Assembly: GCF_047606665.1 (NCBI RefSeq)
Contig: NZ_JASGEF010000047.1
Location: forward strand, 34,172-98,171
Direction of reading: 5' to 3'
Length of the DNA stretch: 64,000 bases
Source of the DNA: Micropruina sp.
GTDB lineage: Bacteria > Actinomycetota > Actinomycetes > Propionibacteriales > Propionibacteriaceae
Below are positions 57,096-64,000 of this stretch, in pieces (the stretch's first letter is position 1; each line of letters begins with the position of its first letter). The notes under the pieces are model-generated. The model searched no databases, was not told where the DNA came from, and worked only from the letters and a program-made list of their open reading frames with translations. A program made the translations under genes and the position numbers.

Positions 57096-58442
57096 ATGTC
57101 CTCTGAACCTGCCGTCGGCGAGGCGCCGACGCACGCTACGAAGGCCTTGATGACCCTCCGCGACAAGCGGCTGTGGATCATCGTCGGCCTGGCCATCGTC
57201 ATCGCCTGCATCGCTCAGGCGATCGGACCGGCCGTGATCCCGCTGGGCATCGCCTCGGTGACCCTGCTGCCGATGATCTGGGGCCTTCTCCTCGCCGGCT
57301 CCATCTCCGGGCAGACCTGGCGTCCTCTCGGCCGGAACCTGCAGGACGCCGCCACCTCGATCATGGGCGTCGCCGTGCTGTTCCTCGGTGCCCGGCTGTC
57401 GCTGGAGATCGGTCCCAGCATCCCGCTGCTGCTGCAGGCCGGTCCGGCGCTGCTGCTGCAGGAGCTCGGGCACTTGTTCGGCACGCTGCTGCTGGCCCTG
57501 CCGCTGGCCGTCCTGCTGCGGATGGGTCCGGCAACCGTCGGTGCCACCTTCTCGATCGACCGCGAGGGTTCCTTCGCCATGGTCAGCGAGCGCTACGGGT
57601 CGGACTCGCCCCAGTACCGTGGCGTTCTGTCGATGTACGTCTTCGGCACGGTGTTCGGTGCCATCATCGTCAGCCTGATCGCGTCGCTGGCCACCTCGCT
57701 GGGGATCTTCGACCCCCTTGCTCTGGCGATGGGTGCCGGCGTCGGCTCCGGTTCGATGATGGCGGCAGCCGCCTCGGTGATCATCGCCCAGCATCCCGAG
57801 ATGCAGCAGCAGGTGCTGGCGCTGTCGGCGGCCTCGAACCTGATCACCAACGTGCTCGGCCTGTACGTCGGCGTCTGGGTGGCGCTGCCGGCGGCCGACA
57901 AGATGTACAAGGCGCTCTCCAAGCGCTGGAAGCAGCCGGAGGAGAAGGCCGGGAACGCCGCCGAGATGGAGGCGGCCACCGCCAGCCTGCTGGAGACCCG
58001 GACCTCGGTGCCGCTGGGCACGTCGCTGCTGATCTTCAGCGGGGCCGGCCTGCTGGTCGCGATGATCGCCAAGAAGACCTTCTCGTTCGACATGGTCATC
58101 ACCTTCGTCCTGCTGTCCGCGCTGGTCGCGATCAGCATCTGGCTGAGCAACATCACCAAGCACCGGATCCCGGCGATCGTCTCCGGGATGACCCTCGGAG
58201 CGCTGGCGACCTCGCCGATCTCGCCGATCGGGACCTGGGTGTCGCACACCGCCGAGAGCGTCAACTTCCTGTCCATCATCACCGCGATGCTGACCATCGC
58301 CGGCCTCGGCATCGGCAAGGACCTTCCGCTGCTGAAGAACATCGGTTGGAAGATCATCCCGACCGGCGTGGTGGCGATCGCCGCCTCGTTCATCCTGTCC
58401 GCCGTGGTCGCCGAGTTCGCGCTCGGAGCCTGGGGTCGCTGA
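57096..58442 (+). CDS. Polytopic membrane protein, DUF3100-like
   Basis: 448 aa with at least 10 hydrophobic helices. It lies 25 nt downstream of the M20 gene. The DUF3100 assignment is from memory of the M20-DUF3100 gene pairing. Confidence 0.6.
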   Translation: MSSEPAVGEAPTHATKALMTLRDKRLWIIVGLAIVIACIAQAIGPAVIPLGIASVTLLPMIWGLLLAGSISGQTWRPLGRNLQDAATSIMGVAVLFLGARLSLEIGPSIPLLLQAGPALLLQELGHLFGTLLLALPLAVLLRMGPATVGATFSIDREGSFAMVSERYGSDSPQYRGVLSMYVFGTVFGAIIVSLIASLATSLGIFDPLALAMGAGVGSGSMMAAAASVIIAQHPEMQQQVLALSAASNLITNVLGLYVGVWVALPAADKMYKALSKRWKQPEEKAGNAAEMEAATASLLETRTSVPLGTSLLIFSGAGLLVAMIAKKTFSFDMVITFVLLSALVAISIWLSNITKHRIPAIVSGMTLGALATSPISPIGTWVSHTAESVNFLSIITAMLTIAGLGIGKDLPLLKNIGWKIIPTGVVAIAASFILSAVVAEFALGAWGR

Positions 58443-58688
58443 GCCTGAGTTGTCCCGCCCGGCCCGGCGCCCGTCCTCGGGTGCCGGGCCGAGTTCGTCT
58501 CCAGATCTCGGGACGTCCGGCGTCCGCCTTCCAGGCTGGCGCGGCCGTGGGGCGCTGGGGTGTGGGCCGCCGTCGCCGGTGCGGCAGGATGACTTCCTGA
58601 CCGTACTGGACCGCTTCCTCGACCAGGGCTGAGCCGGTCCGCGGTACTGGGGGTGGTGGCTGGTGCGGCAAGCCCTAGGGTTGGCCCC

Positions 58689-59654
58689 ATGGATCGTCGT
58701 GCCGTCGGGGACAGCGGGCTGCGGGTGTCTCGGCTCGGGCTCGGCACCCTGACCTGGGGCCGCGACATTCCACCGGTGCAGGCGCGAGCCCTGCTGAACC
58801 GATTTGTCGAGGTCGGCGGCACCCTGGTCGACACGGCCGCCGCCTACGGCAACGGGGACGCGGAGCGCATCATCGGCCGGGCGATCCACACCGACTTGAC
58901 CCGCGACGACCTGGTGATCGCCACCAAGGGTGGCTTCGGCGTCCGTCACGGACAGCGGGTCGTCGACACGTCGCGCACCGCGCTGCTGGACGATCTGGCC
59001 GGCTCGCTGCGACGTCTGCATACCGACCATGTCGACCTGTGGCAGCTGCACGCCTGGGGGACCGCGCCCCTGGAGGAGTCGCTGGCCGCCATCGACCATG
59101 CGGTGTCGATGGGCATGGTGCGCTACGCCGGGGTGTCGAACTTCGTCGGCTGGCAGACCGCGCAGGCTGCCACCTGGCAGTCGGCGTTCCCCGGACGCGC
59201 GCCGGTGGTGAGCGTACAGGTGGAGTATTCGCTGCTGGCCCGCCGCGCCGAGGTCGAGGTGATTCCGGCCGCGCGAGCGTTCCGCCTTGGCCTTTTCGCC
59301 TGGTCGCCGTTGGGCCGGGGCGTCCTCGCCGGCCGCTATCGCACCGGCATCCCGCGCGATTCACGGGGAGGCCAAGCGCACTTCTCCTGGTTCATCGAGC
59401 CCTACCTGGAGGCCCGCCCCCGTTCGGTGGTGGCGGCGGTGGCGACGGCTGCTGCCGGCCTTGAACTGAGTTGCGCGCAGGTGGCACTGCTGTGGACGCG
59501 GGACGCCCCCGGTGTGTCCGCGCCGCTGATCGGCCCACGCACCGTCGAGCAGCTGGACCATCTGCTCGAGACCGAGCAAATGAAGTTGCCAGCCGAGATC
59601 GTGGCCGCACTGGACGACGTCAGCGGCGGGCCCAATGCTGGCCGAACCCCCTAG
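58689..59654 (+). CDS. Aldo/keto reductase
   Basis: MDRRAVGDSGLRVSRLGLGTLTWG.., ..GGTLVDTAAAYGNGDAERIIG.., ..HVDLWQLHAW.., ..GVSNF.. . ATG 58689 lies inside ORF 58653..59654. Confidence 0.9.
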   Translation: MDRRAVGDSGLRVSRLGLGTLTWGRDIPPVQARALLNRFVEVGGTLVDTAAAYGNGDAERIIGRAIHTDLTRDDLVIATKGGFGVRHGQRVVDTSRTALLDDLAGSLRRLHTDHVDLWQLHAWGTAPLEESLAAIDHAVSMGMVRYAGVSNFVGWQTAQAATWQSAFPGRAPVVSVQVEYSLLARRAEVEVIPAARAFRLGLFAWSPLGRGVLAGRYRTGIPRDSRGGQAHFSWFIEPYLEARPRSVVAAVATAAAGLELSCAQVALLWTRDAPGVSAPLIGPRTVEQLDHLLETEQMKLPAEIVAALDDVSGGPNAGRTP

Positions 59655-59712
59655 CCACCGCGGATCGGCACGGGCGGTGCGGAGGGTGAGCCCTCCGTGC
59701 GCACCGCCCGGA

Positions 59713-60549
59713 TCAGGTGGCGCTGATCACTTGGGTGGCCAACAGCAGCACGATCATCGCTGCCAGGACCACCCGGTAAACGATGAACCAGGTGAAGTTG
59801 TTCTTCGAGACGTACCGCAGCAGCCAGGCGATGGACACGTAGGCGACTACACCCGACACCGCGGTGCCGAGCAGCGTGGACGCCCAGCCGACGCCGTCCG
59901 CGACATGCTTCGCCTCTTTCACGGCCTGGTAGAGCCCGGACGCCACCAGCGTCGGAATGCCCAGGAAGAAGCTCATCCGGGTGGCGGTCACCCGGTCGAG
60001 GCCTAGCAGCAGGCCGCCGGTGATCGTGGCGCCCGAGCGGGAGACGCCGGGCACCAGCGCCAGCGACTGCAGGGTGCCGAGAATGATGCCGTCGCGGACG
60101 GTGATCGAGTCCTCGCCGCGGGTCTGCTTGCCGAACCGGTCGCCGATGAGCATCGCCACCGACCATCCCACCAGCCCGGCCACGACGGCCCACATGCTGC
60201 GCAGCGGACCGGTGATCAGCGGTTCGGCGAGCAGCGCGATCACCGCGGTCGGGATGAAGCCGGCGATGATCGCCCAGCCCATCCGGTAGTCGGAGCCACG
60301 CCGCGAGGCGTCCCTCAATCCCGTGAACCAGGCGCCGGCGAACCGCACGATGTCCGACCAGAAGTAGACGATCGAGGCGATCATCGCGCCCACCTGGATG
60401 ATTGCGGTGTAGGCGGTCACGCTCGGGTCGTCGATCGGCAGACCCATCAGTTTCTCGGTCACGGTCAGGTGACCGGTCGATGAGATGGGCAGGAATTCGG
60501 TGATGCCCTCGATGATTCCGAGCACGATCGATTGCCACCAGTTGATCAT
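59713..60549 (-). CDS. uppP: Undecaprenyl-diphosphate phosphatase
   Basis: MINWWQSIVLGIIEGITEFLPISSTGH.. (UppP/BacA signature) and ..PGVSRSGATI.. . ATG 60549 follows GAAGGGAAA. Confidence 0.93.
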   Translation of the reverse strand: MINWWQSIVLGIIEGITEFLPISSTGHLTVTEKLMGLPIDDPSVTAYTAIIQVGAMIASIVYFWSDIVRFAGAWFTGLRDASRRGSDYRMGWAIIAGFIPTAVIALLAEPLITGPLRSMWAVVAGLVGWSVAMLIGDRFGKQTRGEDSITVRDGIILGTLQSLALVPGVSRSGATITGGLLLGLDRVTATRMSFFLGIPTLVASGLYQAVKEAKHVADGVGWASTLLGTAVSGVVAYVSIAWLLRYVSKNNFTWFIVYRVVLAAMIVLLLATQVISAT

Positions 60550-60866
60550 GGATTTCCCTTCGGGCGAGACTGCCGCGGGCCAGCTTAGCTGGCCCCGTGA
60601 GAAGCCCGGTGACACTGTTCGGGACAAGGGACGCCGGACGCCGTCCGAAGCCCCGGCCTTCTGCCGCCGATCGCGGAAGACGCCGAGAATGCCGCCGACG
60701 GAATAGCGCGGCTATGGAATGCGCGGCGGGCCGGCGAAGTTGAGGTGCGCAGTGACCGCTGCGTGGAGCAGTGGCCGGCGCCGGGTGGCGTCGGCGAACC
60801 GTGGTGGCGGTCCGGCGATACCCTGGCGTCCGGCCCATGGGGTCGTGCCTACGAGGAGGAATTTCG

Positions 60867-62093
60867 GTGAGAGCCTGGACCGCGCCCGACCTACCCACCC
60901 TGGACGGCAGCGGCGGCCGGCTGCGGGTCCACGACACCGCGCTCGACGAGCTGGTCGACGTCGAACCGGACAACAACGAGGCGCGGTTCTACGTGTGCGG
61001 CATCACCCCGTACGACGCCACCCATCTCGGGCACGCCAACACCTACGTCGCCTACGACCTGATGTACCGGGCCCTCGCGGACTGCGGGCATCGCGTCGTC
61101 TACACCCAGAACGTCACCGACGTGGACGATCCGCTGCTGGAGCGGGCCGAGCAGACCGGGGTCGACTGGGAGGAACTCGCCGAAGACCAGGTGAGTCTCT
61201 TCCGGGACGACATGACCGCGCTGCGGGTGCTGCCGCCGCAGCACTACGTGGGCGCAGTCGAGGCGATCCCGTCGGTGGTCGAGCTGATCGAGTCGCTCCG
61301 GCTGACCGGAGCGATCTACCAGGTGGACGACCCCGACTACCCGGACTGGTACTTCGAGGTGCGCCGCGCCCCCGGTTTCGGGCGGCTCGCCAAGCTGAGC
61401 GACTCCGAGGCGCTGGCGATCTTCGGCGAGCGCGGCGGCGATCCGGAACGACGCGGCAAGAAGGATCCACTGGACTGCCTGGTGTGGCGGATGGCCAGGC
61501 CGGGGGAGCCGTCCTGGGAATCCCGGCTGGGCCGGGGGCGTCCGGGCTGGCACATCGAGTGCACCGCGATCGCCCTGCAGCATCTCGGCGCGGCGTTCGA
61601 CGTCCAGGGTGGCGGTTCCGACCTGGTCTTTCCGCATCACGAGATGTGTGCCGCGGAGGGCGCGATGGCCACCCGCCAGCCGTTCGCGAAGGCGTATGTG
61701 CATTCCGGCATGGTCGGCCTGCACGGCGAGAAGATGAGCAAATCGCGCGGCAACCTGGTGCTGGTCAGCCGGCTTCGGGCGTCCGGCGCCGACCCGATGG
61801 CGATCCGGCTCGGACTGCTCGCCCGGCATTACCGCACCGACTGGGAATGGACGGCCGACTCGCTGCGGGAGGCCCAGCGTCGTCTCGATCGCTGGCGGGA
61901 CGCCGTGGCGCGTCCGTCCGCGCCCCCCGCCGAACCCCTGGTGGCTGCCTTGCGGACGGCGCTCCGCACCGACCTGGATGCCCCCGCGGCCCTCTCGGCG
62001 ATGGACGCCTGGGCGGACGCCCCCGGCAATGACCCGGACGCCGCTGCGTCCGCGGCGCAGGCGATCGACGCCCTGCTCGGCGTCCGGCTCTAG
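60867..62093 (+). CDS. mshC: Cysteine:1D-myo-inosityl 2-amino-2-deoxy-alpha-D-glucopyranoside ligase (mycothiol ligase)
   Basis: ..[81 protein letters not shown] follows the CysRS-paralog pattern matching MshC. GTG 60867 follows GAGGAGGA. Confidence 0.9.
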   Translation: MRAWTAPDLPTLDGSGGRLRVHDTALDELVDVEPDNNEARFYVCGITPYDATHLGHANTYVAYDLMYRALADCGHRVVYTQNVTDVDDPLLERAEQTGVDWEELAEDQVSLFRDDMTALRVLPPQHYVGAVEAIPSVVELIESLRLTGAIYQVDDPDYPDWYFEVRRAPGFGRLAKLSDSEALAIFGERGGDPERRGKKDPLDCLVWRMARPGEPSWESRLGRGRPGWHIECTAIALQHLGAAFDVQGGGSDLVFPHHEMCAAEGAMATRQPFAKAYVHSGMVGLHGEKMSKSRGNLVLVSRLRASGADPMAIRLGLLARHYRTDWEWTADSLREAQRRLDRWRDAVARPSAPPAEPLVAALRTALRTDLDAPAALSAMDAWADAPGNDPDAAASAAQAIDALLGVRL

Positions 62094-62100
62094 AACGATC

Positions 62101-62311
62101 GGGGACGGTTCTTCGGGAACGATCGGGGAACGATCGGGGACGGTTCTTCGGTGTGCGAGTTTCGCATGTCCCGGGGACGGTTCTTCGGCGTGCGAGATTC
62201 GCACGTTCGGGGGACGGTTCTCAAGGGCCCCGGTGTCCGAAGGAACCGTCCCTGGCGACCGGGAGAACCGTCCCCACGTGTGCGAGATTCGAACGTCGAA
62301 GAACCGTCCCC
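62101..62311. repeat. Second array of the ~36-bp composite repeat family, between convergent mshC and the enolase-superfamily gene
   Basis: Motif A occurs at 62101, 62136, 62173 and 62209. Its reverse complement occurs at 62239, 62263 and 62298. Motif B (GTGCGAG(T/A)TTCG) occurs at 62153, 62190 and 62280, all in one orientation. Confidence 0.85.
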
Positions 62312-62326
62312 GACGTTGAACGGTGT

Positions 62327-63442
62327 TCAGAGGGTGAGGGTGGTGGACTCCACGGTGAACTCCTCGACGTCGTCCAGGTCGACTTCGACACCGATCCCTG
62401 GGCCGGACGGCGCGGTCAGACAGCCGTCGGCGTCCAGCTCGAACGAGGGGCCGATGTCGGCGGCGTAGTACCGGGAGGTCGCGGAGATGTCGCCGGGCAG
62501 GGTGAACCCGGGAAGGGTTGCCAAAGCCAGGTTGGCGGCGCGTCCGACCGCGGTCTCCAGGGTGCCGCCGCAGAACACCGGGACGCCGTTGGCCAGACAG
62601 ACGTCGTGGATCTGCCGGGCGTTTATATACCCGCCGACCCGGCTGGGCTTGATGTTGATCACGTCGGCGGCGCCCATTCGGATCGTCGTCATCGCATCGT
62701 CCAGGGACAGCACCGACTCGTCCAGGCACACCGGGGTGCCGTGTCGCGCGGCCAGCTTGGCGTGCGCCAACAGCTCATGCCGGGCGAACGGCTGCTCGAT
62801 CAGCACCAGTCCGAACCCGTCCAGCCTGCTCAGCAGCGGAATGTCCGCGGCGGTGTAGGCCTGGTTGGCGTCCACCTGCAGCGGCAGATCGTCGCCGAAC
62901 GCCTCCCGGACGGTGTGTACCGGCTCCAGATCCCACCCCGGTTGGATCTTCAGCTTGACCCGCCGGTAGCCGTCCTCCAGATACCCCGCCACCCACGACA
63001 GCAGCGTGTCGATGTCGCCGGGAATGCCGACCGACACCCCGACCCGAATCGGACGCCGGGTCGAGCACAGGAAGTCCACGAACGGCATCCCTCGGCGCCG
63101 CAGCTCGGCGTCCAGCACCGCCGTCTCAAGCAGCCCGCGGGCCAGCGGATTGCCGGGCACCTCGGCGAACGCCGTCCGCAGTGCGCCGGTGGTCATCGGC
63201 TCCCCAGACGCCGACGCCAACAACGGCAGCAGCACCTGCTCGACGGTCGACCGGACGCCGTCGATGTACTCCGGGAAGTAGGTCGGTTCGGGATCGGCGG
63301 CCGACTCGGCCCACCCGGTCACCCCGTCGGGGCCCGTCCAGGACGCCACCAGCACCTGCCGGACGGTCTCCTCGCCCTTGCTGGTGCGGAACGGACGCAC
63401 CAGCGGCATCTCCAGCCGGCGCAATTCGAGGGTGGTGGACAT
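62327..63442 (-). CDS. Enolase-superfamily enzyme, o-succinylbenzoate synthase / N-acylamino acid racemase subgroup
   Basis: MSTTLELRRLEMPLVRPFRTSKGEE.., ..YRRVKLKIQPGWD.., ..LQVDANQAYT.., ..LIEQP.., ..CLDESV.. give the metal-ligand and KxK pattern of the MLE/OSBS subgroup. Confidence 0.85.
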   Translation of the reverse strand: MSTTLELRRLEMPLVRPFRTSKGEETVRQVLVASWTGPDGVTGWAESAADPEPTYFPEYIDGVRSTVEQVLLPLLASASGEPMTTGALRTAFAEVPGNPLARGLLETAVLDAELRRRGMPFVDFLCSTRRPIRVGVSVGIPGDIDTLLSWVAGYLEDGYRRVKLKIQPGWDLEPVHTVREAFGDDLPLQVDANQAYTAADIPLLSRLDGFGLVLIEQPFARHELLAHAKLAARHGTPVCLDESVLSLDDAMTTIRMGAADVINIKPSRVGGYINARQIHDVCLANGVPVFCGGTLETAVGRAANLALATLPGFTLPGDISATSRYYAADIGPSFELDADGCLTAPSGPGIGVEVDLDDVEEFTVESTTLTL

Positions 63443-63447
63443 CGGGT

Positions 63448-64000
63448 TCAGGCACCTTTCACAAAGACGTAATGACCATCGGGGTCAATCCCGACCGGAC
63501 GCAGCCCGCCTGCGAACAGGGTGCCGAAGACCTCCCGCGCGGCCAGCCGCCAGCGGCGTCCGAGGGCCGGATCGCCGCCCCGCAGACCTTCGATGTCGGA
63601 CGGCACCCAGGCTCGCACGATCCCCGCCCCGCCACTCCCTCGGACAGCCTCCGCCAGCTCGGCGTGCCTGACCTCCGGCGCGTCCGCGACCACCGACAGC
63701 ACCACGGGCGATTCCGGGGAGCCGTCGGGCAGCGGATGTCCGTCCGGCTCGTCGGCCAGCGTCCATTCGACGACGAACCGGTCGGGCAGATCGCCGGCGT
63801 TCACCGCGTCCAGCATCGGCGGGTAGTAGTCGCGGACGAAGTCGGTCACCCGACCGCCCAGCCGGTTCAGGTTGAAATGGCCGTTGCGGCGGATCAGCGG
63901 ATCGTAGGTCCAGGTCAGGGTCGCCGCGCCGCGGGCCAGCGCCCAGTCGCGTTGGGCCAGCTTCAGCCGGCGTCCGAGGCCACGGCCGGCGAATGAGGCG
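63448..64000 (-). CDS. GNAT-like acyltransferase, C-terminal part (5' end outside window)
   Basis: The frame is open to the window edge. It reads ..FAGRGLGRRLKLAQRDWALARGAATLTWTYDPLIRRNGHFNLNRLGGRVTDFVRDYY.. . The stop lies 5 nt before the start of the downstream enolase-superfamily gene. Confidence 0.7.
   Translation of the reverse strand, partial: ASFAGRGLGRRLKLAQRDWALARGAATLTWTYDPLIRRNGHFNLNRLGGRVTDFVRDYYPPMLDAVNAGDLPDRFVVEWTLADEPDGHPLPDGSPESPVVLSVVADAPEVRHAELAEAVRGSGGAGIVRAWVPSDIEGLRGGDPALGRRWRLAAREVFGTLFAGGLRPVGIDPDGHYVFVKGA

Noticed and set aside
57054-59099. 681-aa minus-strand ORF and the 475-aa alternative plus frame over the DUF3100-like and aldo/keto reductase genes
   Set aside because: These are shadow ORFs with extreme Arg/Gly/Asp/Pro bias. 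The chosen frames give a coherent polytopic membrane protein and an aldo/keto reductase with family motifs.
60719-62729. ORFs 60719..62032 (+), 60891..62729 (-) and 59651..60976 (-) overlapping mshC and uppP
   Set aside because: These are alternative-frame or antisense artefacts. The mshC and uppP frames carry strong family signatures and proper ribosome-binding sites.

Overview
This is a high-GC (roughly 68-70%) Actinomycetota chromosomal segment. The assignment rests on mshC (mycothiol), DUF2469, and the gene order rpsP-KH-rimM-trmD ... rplS-lepB-rnhB-DUF2469-yraN-comM-dprA. The core backbone runs recG, RNase H, rsmD, coaD, yceD, rpmF, rnc, mutM, then smc, ftsY, ffh, the ribosomal/tRNA-modification block, sdhCAB, nrdHIEF, moeZ, tRNA-Leu(GAG), uppP and mshC. 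Between mutM and gtrA-smc lies a 12.8 kb accessory island (about 6.6-19.35 kb) with no integrase or transposase. It consists only of toxin-antitoxin modules (six, two of them decayed), one GNAT gene and an EcoR124-like Type I R-M operon. That operon is the best candidate for an undescribed system. It reads hsdM, short RhuM-like gene, hsdS, Fic, Phd-VapC, hsdR. Neighbouring genes share 4-nt overlaps, so hsdR is translationally coupled to a PIN toxin gene behind an internal TA-type promoter/operator. Other notable signals are listed below.
- A cobalamin riboswitch lies about 450 nt upstream of nrdHIEF, with tandem NrdR boxes on a second, proximal promoter.
- A dispersed ~36-bp composite repeat family (GGGGACGGTTCTTC + GTGCGAGWTTCG) forms arrays that switch orientation, at two loci.
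- A 20-nt identical intergenic repeat occurs at two gene ends.
- An hsdR 5' remnant sits directly after the hsdR stop codon.
- A chimeric ORF carrying a TacT-like GNAT C-terminus lies next to the tRNA.
- Single-base frame disruptions occur almost only in small, mostly accessory genes.
All protein family calls come from reading the supplied translations and recognising motifs. No database search was run.
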